64,000 nucleotides of DNA, from contig OZ076409.1 in NCBI GenBank assembly GCA_964187785.1, positions 30,072,001 to 30,136,000 on the forward strand. Reading direction: 5' to 3'. Every line of letters starts with the position of its first letter. Position 1 is the first letter of the stretch. The notes beneath the pieces are model-generated. The model was not told the DNA's origin and made no database searches. It saw nothing but the letters and a program-made list of their open reading frames with translations. Both the position numbers and the translations under genes were made by a program. Below are positions 50,500 through 64,000 of this stretch, in pieces. This DNA is from Amphiscolops sp. MND2022. Taxonomy: Eukaryota.

Positions 50500-53400
50500 T
50501 CCGTATTTTTGAGTACGGTTGAAGGTCAGGTCTGTGTACGTCACATCCGGATTGGTCCGGGAAAGTTTCGTTGAATGTTTCTATGGGACCGTATTATACG
50601 GATTTCTCTATCTTCTTGCCGTACTGTGCGGTGGTTCTCGTCTTCAAACTTCTCCGTTGTTATTGGCGTCTTTTCCTGTAATAGATTACCGTTATTAGTT
50701 AATTTCGTTTTGTTGTTATTGGTGTGATATGGTACTCCGCCGAATTTTACTGTTCGTTTTGCAAAAGGTATTCTATTACATCTTCTAACCGATATTAGCG
50801 GTTCTCTTATTTTATTTTTTCTTTTATGTATACCTTGATCGGGGGTTAATTTTTCTTTCTGGAGCAGTTGTAATTCGTCGTCAATGTTGGTGTGGACCGG
50901 CTTGCCTTCGAATTTATTGTAGCATTCGAATTCTTCGTCTGGTACAATCCCAGGTTCAGGTCGACTTCCCTTTCTGCGTTTTTGTTCGGTGACGTGAACT
51001 GTCCCTTGTTGTTTCTCAGCTGTTCTTTTCTTTTAAGCCAATCTTCGCTTCTTTCATGGTTGATTGCTTTTGGTGTCTCTTTTCTGGCATATATACATGG
51101 GATGCCGCCGCTGTTTTCCATGTCCAGAGTTTTTGAGCAGGTTGGTTGGTCGGTGTAGTTTTGGCGGGTGTTTATCCGCTTTGTTGGGGCAGTGATTGTT
51201 TGCTAAAAAGTTAGTGGGTTGGAGATCAATTTTCAATGTATTACTTTTTTTATTTGCGGTTACGGTATGTTCCGTACCCGATACTGCGGCTTGTATTTTG
51301 TTTTTGAATTAGCTATCTAGCGATCCTTTCTTATAGTTTTTTTTCGAAAAATTTGGAAGGATATTCAAATTTGTCCATACTAATTGAACTGGTCAGCTTT
51401 TTAATCTGTGAGAAGGTCTTTCCCCGTCTGAGTTTCGGTTCAACCGTTTCTTCTTGGACATGACCAGATGGTCGGTTATCTCTCTAGCCGAATTTCGAGT
51501 GATACAAATTTGAGTTATCTGGAACGGCATTTGTTCGGTTCGATAGTTTAGTTCTGGGTTCCCGTCCGAAATGAATTTCGAACAGTGTTTTCATGGTTTC
51601 GAAATGTACCGTAAATCTTAGTACATAAGTGCTCTGTTTACGTATTCGCGGAAGTTGGTACCTCTTCTAAATTTGTCAATATCAGATTCTTCATTGATTG
51701 GATCGTTCGTTCGACCAATCCGGTGCCAGTGTGTAGATTCGCTGTACCGTATTCGCAGTTTTTATTTTGTGATTTGCCAAATTCTTTATACCCTTTGAGA
51801 TAAAGGCACCTTCTCTATCCGATTTTATTCGTTTCGGTACTCCGTAAACGTTTATAAATTCATTGAGAATTGCGATTACAGTTTCGTGGTTAGTATTTTT
51901 GCATATTTTGGCCACAGGCTATTTTTATCTACTTCCATTAATATGTACTGGCTGGATTTCGGTTTTTTGCTATGCAGGTTCCCGGTTCAATCGCTTTCGA
52001 TTTTCGATCGGTGGTTCGATTCTCGGTGTTTCGATTTTGGTTTTTTCGGTTAGGGGTAGTTGGAATTTTAAATTCTTACCGCATTCAGCATTGAGGCAAG
52101 CTGAGCAGGTGTTTGCCTTCTTTTTTATGTCTGCCCGCATATTCGGTCACCAGAATGAAGCTGCGTCGTTGCCTATTTTATCCATCCCAGGGTGGCTGAA
52201 GCGTAAGGCATTGAGTGCGCCGTAGCTTAGTGTTTTGGGCACTCTTATCCGGTCATCCACCATAGTTATGCCCCAGCGGTAGGTGAGCTTTGTGGCCACT
52301 GTTTTGTATTCGTTAGGGATTTGGTTGAATATGTTGTCTTCAATGCAGCATTTTAATTCTATCAGGTCGGGATCAGCGGCCGTTTCTTTGATTAGTGTTT
52401 CTAGATCAAGCATGAAGTCCAATTCAGCTGCTCTTATGTTGTCCTCCTGCTGTTTGTTTCTGGTAGCCTTTTGTTCCACCACCCGGTCTATTCGGACGTA
52501 GTGGACAACTCTATCTTCGTAGCGTCTAGTGGCCTTGGACGGGTATGGCGGGGTATACTCCCTGTTCGTGTTTTTTGCCACGGCTTCGTCCGCGTTTGAT
52601 GATGCGGTAGATTCGGTGCCCCTGTTTGCTTCATTTTTTCTATCCGTTTCTTCCTGTCTCTGTGGCCTTGGCGGTATCTTGTCGCCAAATTTTTTAAGTA
52701 GCCCCCGCCAATTTTTTCAAGTAGCCCCCGCCGATGCGTGACTCCTCTTCCTTTTTAGTTGCATGTCGATTCTTTTTATCTCTCTTCTATCGTCTTCTGG
52801 TCTTCTGGGGACATGAATTTCTCTACCTAGGCCCTTTTTCCATTGTGGTCTCATTGCTCCTGGTCTTGCCATATCAAATCGTATTTCTACTAATTCCGGA
52901 GTTTCAGGGAATTTTTCTCGTCTATTGATAATTGCCATAACGTCGTCGTCTGCGCCCCAATTTAACGCAGTTGTCCTTCTGTTCGAAAGATTCTTGCATT
53001 TTGATTATCATTGTTATTCTTCTTATTGTTGAATAATTCGCGGTGATTTTATATGTGAGCGGCTGTAATGTGTGGTAATTTGAATCAATATGGCCTTTGT
53101 TTGATTGGTAGTGTCGCGTATCAATTAGCGTGCGCGTATGATGCATGTTCGTTTCACTGTACGTGTTCGCGCTTTCTGATTGGTTTAAAATCCGTCCTGT
53201 ACGGGCGTTTACCGTTGCTAGTTGCGCGATGGCGTTGATTACAATTTCTCCGCAATTTTTCTCCGGTTCCGGATTTTCGGTGGGATTTCGGCTAACAAAA
53301 TCCGTGACTTTTATTTCTTTGCCGGCAGTATGTTTTAGACTGATGTCGAAGTGGTTTAGTCTATCTAGCCATCTCGTTAGCCGTGCGCTAAACTGTTTGT

Positions 53401-54190
53401 TAGTTTTGTTCCTTTTTAACAGTGGTTCTAGTGCTTGATGTTCTGAAAATAATTGGACTTGTTTCCCGTATAAGTAAAATCGAATCTCTCTAATCCCCAA
53501 ACTACGGCCAGTAGCTCTAATTCGCCGATGGAATATTTCTTTTCCGCATCGTTTAGGTAGCGGATGGCGAATGCAATGAGCTTTAATTTTCTGCTGCCTT
53601 GTTTTTGCCATAGAGCTACTCCAAGGCCGGATTTGCAAGCGTCAGTTGTGACGATATTTTCTTTGTTTCCGTTGTAATGGGCGAGACACGGTAGTGATGT
53701 TAGTTTTTATCTGTTGAAGTCTATGTTGCGTTCTTCTGTCCAGTCCCATTTTGTTCCTCTCTTTAGTAGTTGTCTCATGTCTGTTTTTTCGGAGAAGTTT
53801 GGTATAAATTTTGCAACATATTGAATTGCACCCAGAAAGTTTTTTAGGGTTTTGGTGTTGGTTGGGTGTTGTTGCGTCTGGTGAGATTCTGTGTCCGAGC
53901 CATGTTTTCTTTTTGGTAGAATTTTGATTTCTTTTGGCTTGCTGTGTATCCTTCGTTTTCTAGTTCGGTGAGTACCGAATATAAATTCCGGGTGTGTTCT
54001 TCCTTCGTACCGCGAGTGACGATGATGATATCGTCGAGCCATACGGGTGTTTGATATCCCAATGTTCTATCTTTTTTCTCTTGGGAAATAGTTGAAATGT
54101 CGACAGGGCCGTAAAATCCCTTTAGGAATTGAAAGTATCCGTTCATATTCTCACCGGTTACTGCAAATTTGCCGTGTCTCCTGGTTTCCT
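50500..54190 (-). mobile_element. Degenerate Ty3/Gypsy LTR retrotransposon pol fragment (RT-RNase H-integrase)
   Basis: RT WLDDIII and FLGAIQYVAKFIPNFS; RNase H TDACKSGLG and RLTRWLDRL..FD...H..GK....DFVSR; integrase zinc finger HPG....W...C..C and core YGVPKRIKSD; many frameshifts. Confidence 0.9.
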
Positions 54191-54199
54191 ACAAATCGA

Positions 54200-55620
54200 C
54201 CTACAAATCTCGTCCAATTTGTTGACTGACAACTTGTGCTATATTTTTTGAATGTCATTTTACTATCCATATCTAGTCCTGAACACTTACATTTGTTTTT
54301 TGTTATCAACGGTTACGTTCCGCAACACCAAATGTTTTTGACAATCCAGACCCGAAATTTAGAGATTCACATTTGGTTAGTTTTTTGACAGTTTAACAAT
54401 CAGGGTTACCGGAAAAATTATTTCAACGAAAATAATTGCAATAAATAAATAAAAATAATTTATTTTTGAGATGATGGAATAAAAATTATTTATTTTTGAA
54501 TCTTGAAATACTAATTCTTTATTTAACCGCAAAAATAATTCTGCAATAACAAATTGCGTCGTCAGCCAATAGAACTGCGTCGCATCGGTTGGCACAAACT
54601 CATTTGTGACATGCATTGTCACCACTGCATGTGGAGGCCATTCAATTTCTCCTTTATAACAGGGAACTTTGGTCGGCAGAAACTGTTTCAAAAGTCATAT
54701 AATTGTTATATATAATCATATAAAAGTAAAATATATTGTGAAATTATTGCAATTATTGCAATAATTTTTTTTTGAAACAAATGTTTTCCAATTATTTATT
54801 TTTGAGAATAGAAATAAAATAACTGTATTTTTGGCTAAAATATCAAAATAATATTTTCGGTAACCCTGTTAACAATTGAAAACCAGCTTGTTTTCGAAGC
54901 CTGTATGAATTTCAATATGATATGACTGCAATAAGGCTTACTGGATTTCAATACAGAAGTGTCATCGAGAGAAATAGCTACGTCAGTGCTGTTGTCGTGT
55001 GCACATTTAGCGGGATCAATTAAATGAATCAACAAAACTAATGGAACTGATATTGAACCTTGAGGAACCGCAGTTGCGATTTTCTTCAACCATACTTCAC
55101 GTCCAACACAATTTGATATCGTCTTTCCACATAGTTTTCATGATATTGCAAACTTTTGAAAATATAATTGAACAATTTTGATTGAAACTTGAATGGCCTA
55201 AAGAATCAAATGCTTTTTTATATCGATGAAACAAGGTTGTCCTCAACACTTTTTGTCAATTTCATTTCGCATGTAACCTCTTACAGTGGCTATTGCATGT
55301 ACACTGGAGCGTTTTGATCGAAATACATTAGTGTGAACAGTTTTCTGCTATAAAACAATTGACAGTTCTTTAGTTTCATGTAGCTTAAGGAAGCTCAGCA
55401 AGGTTATTGGTTCTCAACTTTCAGGATCGTTGATGCCACTTTTTATCTGTGAGGCAAAAACTTCAGCTATTTCAAGCGTATCAGGAAACAATTTTGTTTT
55501 AAGGCATCATGGCCATAGTAGGTCTCATAATGAAGGGGCGATTGCTTCATTGAACTTGGTAATTTTGGTCCCTGTCGTGAGCACTTCCATTAGTAGTCAG
55601 ATTGACTGTTTATGCGATTT
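54200..55620 (-). mobile_element. Degenerate CR1/L2-like LINE reverse transcriptase fragment, interrupted by a hAT MITE
   Basis: CFIDIKKAFDS (~55205-55235); AVPQGSISVPLVLLIHLID...LDDT (ORF 54835-55089). Confidence 0.75.
54401..54868. mobile_element. hAT MITE (468 bp)
   Basis: TIR CAGGGTTACCG/CGGTAACCCTG; perfect 8-bp TSD TTAACAAT. Confidence 0.9.
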
Positions 55621-55959
55621 GATACTTTGTATGCGAATCAAGCAGTGTAGTTATGAGTCGGCGTGTGTAGCTCACCGGTAACAACCCGTAATTACCAGAA
55701 CTATGTGTAAATATGAGATGCACAGTGTAGTTAGTCAAATTGCTTAAACTAGTCAATTGAAGTGAACTAGTCGATTACTGTACTATCCAATGGTGTAAAC
55801 TAGTCAACGTACGAAGCTGTGTCAACTAGTGTAACGTCCTATCAATGCGCGTAATGTGTGACAAGTGTAAAACTTCCAAAAAAGATATTCGTGCTCTGAT
55901 TGGACAAAAATCGAACTGGGAGTATCCTGCTAGTTCGTTACCGGGATGTGTACCGTAAT

Positions 55960-58900
55960 GATGGCCAGAAAGGGCATTCAGTTGCGGTTCTGTTTTTTAA
56001 TTTTTGATTTGTTTCGTAGAAATAGGCTTGGAGAAAAGTAGCCGAAACTTTTACAAATGCGGAGGGATGTCACGTTTTGGCCAAAAAAAACAGGCGCAAC
56101 TGCCATTGCGCGACAGCTCCGAGCAGACGATCTCTTCGAGGCTTGAAATTATTCAGCAAGGAAAATTAGATTCTAGCTCGTGTCCAGGGATCATTTGATC
56201 TTTCATTGTATTATGCTCAAGCATATACAAATAGGAATGTCGAAATACGCGTAGAAGTTTTTTCGCAAAAACACCCAAAAAAATCCGATTTTGATCGCCA
56301 TTTTTCATCGCTCAGTAATAAAACCTTCAGCCACTGAAAGAGGGGTCCTGATACGTCAGCTGACGCCTATTTTTGGCCGGTTTGATGTGGTTTATCAGCC
56401 GAAAAGAGGCAAAAACTTTTAAATTTATCTGAAATTTCACGTTTCCGAAGCTTAAAAAATCGCGCCAGCCTAAAAACCTTGGAAAACCTCCAAGAGGGCC
56501 CAGGAGTAATGGGTTCTACGGAAGTACGCCCAAGCACCCCCAATTGCATGGGGTACCTCAAACTACACTTTTTTCGCAAAAAAAAAACATTTTTACTTGC
56601 AAAAAACCCAAAATTTTTCCGATTTTTTTCGCCATTATCTCAACGACCAATGATCGCAGGATAATAAAATTTTCACGACCTTAAAGAAGACATCCTCTTG
56701 CGTCAGTTGATACCTATTTTGAGACAGTTCGATATGTTTCAAGTGGTGAAATCACGCAAAATCGGAAAAAACCCTAAAAATTTTCGCAAAAATCGTGTTT
56801 TCGAAGCTAGTAAAATCGCCCTGGCGAAACCTTCTTACATGGCCAGAAAGGGCATTTAGTTGCAGTTCTGTTTTTAAATTTTTGAGTTGTTTCGGAGAAA
56901 TAGACTTGGAGAAAAATAGCCGAAACTTTTAGAAATGCAGAGGGATGTGTCGTTTTGGCCAAAAAAACAGGCGCAACTACCATTGCGCTACGGCTCCGAG
57001 CAGACGATCTCTTCGAGGCTTGAAATTATTCAGCAAGGAAAATTAGATTCTAGCTCGTGTCCAGGGATCATATGATCTTTCATTGTATTATGCTCAAGCA
57101 TATACGAATAGGAATGTCGAAATACGCGTAAAAGTTTTTTCGCAAAAACACCCAAAAAAAATCCGATTTTGATCGCCATTTTTCATCGCTCAGTAATAAA
57201 ACCTTCAGCTACTGAAAGAGGGGTCCTATAACGTCAGCTGACACCTATGTTTGGCCGGCTTCATGTGGTTTATCAACCGAAAATAGGCAGAATCGGGAAA
57301 AACTTAAATTTATCTGGAATTTCACGTTTCCGAAGCTTAAAAAATTGCGCCAGCCCAAAATCCTTGGAAAACCTCCAAGAGGGCCCAGGAGTAATGGGTT
57401 CTACGGAAGTACGCCCAAGCACCCCCAATTGCATGGGGTACCTCAAACTACACCTTTTTCGCAAAAAAACCCAAAAATTTGCCGATTTTTATTCGCCATT
57501 TTCTCAACGATCATTGATCGTAGGATAATGAAACTTTCATATGCTTAGAGGAGACATTCTCTTGCGTCGGTCGGTACTAATTATGGGCCGTTTCGATGTC
57601 GTTCGAGTAGTAAAATTGAGCAAAATCTACATTTTGAGAATTTTTCCCAAAAAACCCTAAAAAATTTCCGTTTTTTAATCGCCATTTTCTCAACGCCCAC
57701 TAATTGTAAGGTAATAAAACTTTCACGACCTTGGAGAAGACATCCTCTTGCGTCAGTTGGCACCTATTTTGAGACAGTTCGATATGGTTCAAGTGGTGAA
57801 ATCACGCAAAATCGGAAAAAACCCTAAACATTTTCGCAAAAATCGTGTTTTCGAAGCTAATAAAATCGCCCAGGCGAAACCTTCTTACATGGCCGGAAAG
57901 GGCATTTGTTGCGGTTCTGTTTTTAAATTTTTGAGTTGTTTCGGAGAAATAGGCTTGGAGAAAAATAGCCGAAACTTTTAGAAATGCAGAGGGATGTGAC
58001 GTTTTGGCCAAAAAACAGGCGCAACTGCCATTGCGCGACGGCTCCGAGCAGACGATCTCTTCGAGGCTTGAAATTATTCAGCAAGGAAAATAAGATTCTA
58101 GCTCGTGTCCAGGGATCATATGATCTTTCATTGTATTATGCTCAAGCATATACAAATAGGAATGTCGAGATACGCGTAAAAGTTTTTTCGCAAAAACACC
58201 CAAAAAAAATCCGATTTTGATCGCCATTTTTCATCGCTCAGTAATAAAACCTTCAGCCACTGAAAGAGGGGTCCTATAACGTCAGCTGACACCTATGTTT
58301 GACCGGCTTCATGTGGTTTATCAACCGAAAATAGGCAAAATCGGGAAAAACTTTTAAATTTATCTGGAATTTCACGTTTCCGAAGCTTAAAAAATCGCGC
58401 CAGCCTAAAAACCTTGGAAAACCTCCAAGAGGGCCCAGGAGTAATGGGTTCTACGGAAGTACGCCCAAGCACCCCCAATTGCAGGGGGTACCTCAAACAA
58501 CACTTTTTTCGCAAAAAAACCCAAAAATTTTCCGATTTTTATTCGCCATTTTCTCAACGATCATCGATCGTAGGATAATGAAACTTTCATATGCTTAGAG
58601 GAGACATTCTCTTGCGTCGGTCGGTACTAATTATGGGCCGATTCGATGTCGTTCGAGTAGTAAAATTGAGCAAAATCTACATATAGAGAATTTTTTCCCA
58701 AAAAACCCTAAAAAATTTCCGTTTTTTAATCGCCATTTTCTCAACGCCCAATAATTGTAAGGTAATAAAACTTTCACGACCTTGGAGAAGACATCCTCTT
58801 GCGTCAGTTGGTACCTATTTTGAGACAGTTCGTTATGGTTCAAGTGGTGAAATCACGCAAAATCGGAAAAAAACCCTTAAAATTTTCGCAAAAATCGTGT

Positions 58901-61900
58901 TTTCGAAGCTAGTAAAATCGCCCTGGCGAAACCTTCTTACATGGCCAGAAAGGGCATTTAGTTGCGGTTCTGTTTTTAAATTTTTGAGTTGTTTCGGAGA
59001 AATAGACTTGGAGAAAAATAGCCGAAACTTTTAGAAATGCAGAGGGATGTGACGTTTTGGCCAAAAAAACAGGCGCAACTACCATTGCGCTACGGCTCCG
59101 AGCAGACGATCTCTTCGAGGCTTGAAATTATTCAGCAAGGAAAATTAGATTCTAGCTCGTGTCCAGGGATCATATGATCTTTCATTGTATTATGCTCAAG
59201 CATATACAAATAGGAATGTCGAAATACGCGTAAAAGTTTTTTCGCAAAAACACCCAAAAAAATCCGATTTTGATCGCCATTTTTCATCGCTCAGTAATAA
59301 AACCTTCAGCCACTGAAAGAGGGGTCCTATAACGTCAGCTGACACCTATGTTTGGCCGGCTTCATGTGGTTTATCAACCGAAAATAGGCAGAATCGGGAA
59401 AAACTTAAATTTATCTGGAATTTCACGTTTCCGAAGCTTAAAAAATTGCGCCAGCCTAAAATCCTTGGAAAACCTCCAAGAGGGCCCAGGAGTAATGGGT
59501 TCTACGGAAGTACGCCCAAGCACCCCCAATTGCATGGGGTACCTCAAACTACACTTCTTTCGCAAAAAACCCAAAAATTTTCCGATTTTTGTTCGCCATT
59601 TTTTCAACGATCATCGATCGTAGGATAATGAAACTTTCATATGCTTAGAGGAGACATTATCTTGCGTCGGTCGGTACTAATTATGGGGCGGTTCGATGTC
59701 GTTCGAGTAGTAAAATTGAGCAAAATCTACATATAGAGAATTTTTCCCCAAAAAACCCTAAAAAATTTCCGTTTTTTAATCGCCATTTTCTCAACGCCCA
59801 ATAATTGTAAGGTAATAAAACTTTCACGACCTTGGAGAAGACATCCTCTTGCGTCAGTTGGTACCTATTTTGAGACAGTTCGTTATGGTTCAAAAGGTGA
59901 AATCACGCAAAATCGGAAAAAAACCCTTAAAATTTTAGCAAAAATCGTGTTTTCGAAGCTAGTAAAATCGCCCTGGCGAAACCTTCTTACATGGCCAGAA
60001 AGGGCATTTAGTTGCGGTTCTGTTTTTAAATTTTTGAGTTGTTTCGAAGAAATAGACTTGGAGAAAAATAGCCGAAACTTTTAGAAATGCAGAGGGATGT
60101 GACGTTTTGGCCAAAAAAACAGGCGCAACTACCATTGCGCTACGGCTCCGAGCAGACGATCTCTTCGAGGCTTGAAATTTTTCAGCAAGGAAAATTAGAT
60201 TCTAGCTCGTGTCCAGGGATCATATGATCTTTCATTGTATTATGCTCAAGCATATACAAATAGGAATGTCGAAATACGCGTAAAAGTTTTTTCGCAAAAA
60301 AACCCGAAAAAAATCCGATTTTGATCGTCATTTCTCATCGCTCAGTAATAAAACCTTCAGCCACTGAAAGAGGGGTCCTATAACGTCAGCTGACACCTAT
60401 GTTTGGCCGGCTTCATGTGGTTTATCAACCGAAAATAGGCAAAATCGGGAAAAACTTAAATTTATCCGGAATTTCACGTTTCCGAAGCTTAAAAAATTGC
60501 GCCAGCCTAAAATCCTTGGAAAACCTCCAAGAGGGCCCAGGAGTAATGGGTTCTACGGAAGTACGCCCAAGCACCCCCAATTGCATGGGGTACCTCAAAC
60601 TACACTTTTTTCGCAAAAAATCCCAAAAATTTTCCGATTTTTATTCGCCATTTTTTCAACGATCATTGATCGTAGGATAATGAAACTTTCATATGCTTAG
60701 AGGAGACATTCTCTTGCGTCGGTCGGTACTAATTATGGGCCGGTTCGATGTCGTTCGAGTAGTAAAATTGAGCAAAATCTACATATAGAGAATTTGTCCC
60801 CAAAAAACCCTAAAAAATTTCCGTTTTTTAATCGCCATTTTCTCAAAGCCCAATAATTGTAAGGTAATAAAACTTTCACGACCTTGGAGAAGACATCCTC
60901 TTGCGTCAGTTGGCACCTATTTTGAGACAGTTCGTTATGGTTCAAGTGGTCAAATCACGCAAAATCGGAAAAAACCCTTAAAATTTTCGCAAAAATCGTG
61001 TTTTCGAATCTAATAAAATCGCCCAGGCGAAATCTTACATGGCCAGAAAGGGCATTTAGTTGTGGTTCTGTTTTTAAATTTGTGAGTTGTTTCGGAGAAA
61101 TAGGCTTGGAGAAAAATAGCCGAAACTTTTAGAAATGCAGAGGGATGTGACGTTTTGGCCAAAAACAGGCGCAACTGCCATTGCGCGACGGCTCCGAGCA
61201 GACGATCTCTTCGAGGCTTGAAATTATTCAGCAAGGAAAATTAGATTCTAGCTCGTGTCCAGGGATCATATGATCTTTCATTGTATTATGCTCAAGCATA
61301 TACAAATAGGAATGTCGAAATACGCGTAAAAGTTTTTTCGCAAAAAAACCCGAAAAAAATCCGATTTTGATCGTCATTTCTCATCGCTCAGTAATAAAAC
61401 CTTCAGCCACTGAAAGAGGGGTCCTATAACGTCAGCTGACACCTATGTTTGGCCGGCTTCATGTGGTTTATCAACCGAAAAGAGGCAAAATCGGGAAAAA
61501 CTTAAATTTATATGGAATTTCACGTTTCCGAAGCTTAAAAAATCGCGCCAGCCTAAAAACCTTGGAAAACCTCCAAGAGGGCCCAGGAGTAATGGGTTCT
61601 ACGGAAGTACGCCCAAGCACCCCCAATTGCATGGGGTACCTCAAACTACACTTTTTTCGCAAAAAAACCCAAAAATTTTCCAATTTTTATTCGCCATTTT
61701 CTCAACGATCATCGATCGTAGGATAATGAAACTTTCATATGCTTAGAGGAGACATTCTCTTGCGTCGGTCGGTACTAATTATGGGCCGGTTCGATGTCGT
61801 TCGAGTGGTAAAATTGAGCAAAATCTACATATAGAGAATTTTTTCCCAAAAAACCCTAAAAAAATTCCGTTTTTTAATCGCCATTTTCTCAACGCCCAAT

Positions 61901-64000
61901 AATTGTAAGGTAATAAAACTTTCACGACCTTGGAGAAGACATCCTCTTGCGTCAGTTGGTACCTATTTTGAGACAGTTCGATTTGGTTCAAGTGGTGAAA
62001 TCACGCAAAATCGGCAAAAACCCTTAAAATTTTCGCAAAAATCGTGTTTTCGAAGCTAATAAAATCGCCCAGGCGAAATCTTCTTACATGGCCAGAAAGG
62101 GCATTTAGTTGCGGTTCTGTTTTTAATTTTGTGAGTTGTTTCGGAGAAATAGGCTTGGAGAAAATTAGCCGAAACTTTTAGAAATGCAGAGGGATGTGAC
62201 GTTTTGGCCAAAAAAAACAGGCGCAACTGCCATTGCGCGACGGCTCCGAGCAGACGATCTCTTCGAGGCTTGAATTTATTCAGCAACGAAAATTAGATTC
62301 TAGCTCGTGTCCAGGGATCATATGATCTTTCATTGTATTATGCTCAAGCATATACAAATAGGAATGTCGAAATACGCGTAAAAGTTTTTTCGCAAAAACA
62401 CCAAAAAAAATCCGATTTTGATCGCCATTTTTCATCGCTCAGTAATAAAACCTTCAGCCACTGAAAGAGGGGTCCTATAACGTCAGCTGACACCTATGTT
62501 TGGCCGGCTTCATGTGGTTTATCAACCGAAAATAGGCAAAATCGGGAAAAACTTTTGAATTTATCTGGAATTTCACGTTTCCGAAGCTTAAAAAATCGCG
62601 CCAGCCTAAAAACCTTGGAAAACCTCCGAGGGCCCAGGAGTAATGGGTTCTACGGAAGTACGCCCAAGCACCCCCAATTGCATGGGGTACCTCAAACTAC
62701 ACTTCTTTCGCAAAAAACCCAAAAATTTTCCGATTTTTGTTCGCCATTTTTTCAACGATCATCGATCGTAGGATAATGAAACTTTCATATGCTTAGAGGA
62801 GACATTATCTTGCGTCGGTCGGTACTAATTATGGGCCGGTTCGATGTCGTTCGAGTAGTAAAATTGAGCAAAATCTACATTTAGAGAATTTTTCCCAAAA
62901 AACCCTAAAAAATTTCCGATTTTTAATCGCCATTTTCTCAAAGCCCTATAATTGTAAGGTAATGAATCTTTCACGACCTTAAAGAAGACATCCTCTTGCG
63001 TCAGTTGATACCTATTTTGAGACGGCTTGATATGGTTCAAGTGGTAAAATCACGCAAAATCGGAAAAAAAACCCTAAAAAATTTTCGCAAAAATCGTGTT
63101 TCCAAAGCTAATAGAAAATTTTCCTTCGGAACCTTCTTACATGGTCAGAAAGGGCTTTCAGTTGCGGTTCTGTTTTTAAACTTTTGAATTGCTTCGGAGA
63201 AATAGGCTTGGAGAAAAATAGCCGAAACTTTCACAAATGCAGAGGGGTGTGACGTTTTGGCCAAAAAAACAGGCGCAACTGCCATTGCGCGACGGCTCCG
63301 AGCAGACGATCTCTTCGAGGCTTGAAATTATTCAGCAAGGACATTAGATTCTAGCTCGTGTCCAGGGATCATATGATCTTTCATTGTCTTATGCTCAAGC
63401 ATATACAAATAGGAATGTCGAAATACGCGTAAAAGTTTTTTCGCAAAAACACCAAAAAAAATCCGATTTTGATCGCCATTTTTCATCGCTCAGTAATAAA
63501 ACCTTCAGCCACTGAAAGAGGGGTCCTATAACGTCAGCTGACACCTATGTTTGGCCGGCTTCATGTTTTTTATCAACCGAAAATAGGCAAAATCGGGAAA
63601 AACTTTTGAATTTATCTGGAATTTCACGTTTCCGAAGCTTAAAAAATCGCGCCAGCCTAAAAACCTTGGAAAACCTCCGAGGGCCCAGGAGTAATGGGTT
63701 CTACGGAAGTACGCCCAAGCACCCCCAATTGCATGGGGTACCTCAAACTACACTTCTTTCGCAAAAAACCCAAAAATTTTCCGATTTTTGTTCGCCATTT
63801 TTTCAACGATCATCGATCGTAGGATAATGAAACTTTCATATGCTTAGAGGAGACATTATCTTGCGTCGGTCGGTACTAATTATGGGCCGGTTCGATGTCG
63901 TTCGAGTAGTAAAATTGAGCAAAATCTACATTTAGAGAATTTTTTCCCAAAAAACCCTAAAAAATTTCCGATTTTTAATCGCCATTTTCTCAAAGCCCTA
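55960..64000. repeat. ~1050-bp tandem satellite, more than 7.5 units, continues past the window end
   Basis: Equivalent ORF starts at 57247, 59348, 60399 and 61445, and at 62555/63606; units are highly similar. Confidence 0.95.

Noticed and set aside
55674..55945. Possible MITE (CCGGTAAC/GTTACCGG) with ACTAGT repeats
   Set aside because: The inverted match is only ~8 bp and there is no clear TSD.
56004..63827. Recurrent ORFs in the 1050-bp satellite as a tandem gene or RNA-gene cluster
   Set aside because: ORF lengths vary with homopolymer indels; no recognisable protein, 5S rRNA, snRNA or histone sequence by eye.

Overview
AT-rich, intron-containing animal (invertebrate-type) genomic DNA, dominated by repeats. 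The species cannot be determined from the window. Two host genes are visible. One is the 5' part of a spliced thymidine kinase (TK1-like, minus strand, 1-330, with two small indels). The other is about 15 exons of a phospholipase C beta (PLCB4/NorpA-like, plus strand, 21957-48632; PH, EF-hand, catalytic X domain and X-Y linker), whose introns are full of transposons. The most striking structure is a 15,262-bp element (4891-20152) with Polinton/Maverick hallmarks: AGTAGT...ACTACT ends and a perfect 6-bp TSD, ATTGCC. Almost the whole element is one palindrome, with two ~7.5-kb arms around a 280-bp spacer. Each arm carries a decayed protein-primed PolB, and I recognise no integrase, ATPase, protease or capsid gene. 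Other contents: three non-autonomous Helentron/DINE-1-like (HINE) families (one carrying a tRNA-like sequence, one carrying 172-bp tandem repeats), hAT MITEs and a hAT remnant, fragments of CRE-like and CR1/L2-like non-LTR elements and of a Gypsy element, a 1731-bp tandem duplication, a perfect 49-bp-arm hairpin, an 84-bp minisatellite, and a ~1050-bp satellite that runs off the right end.
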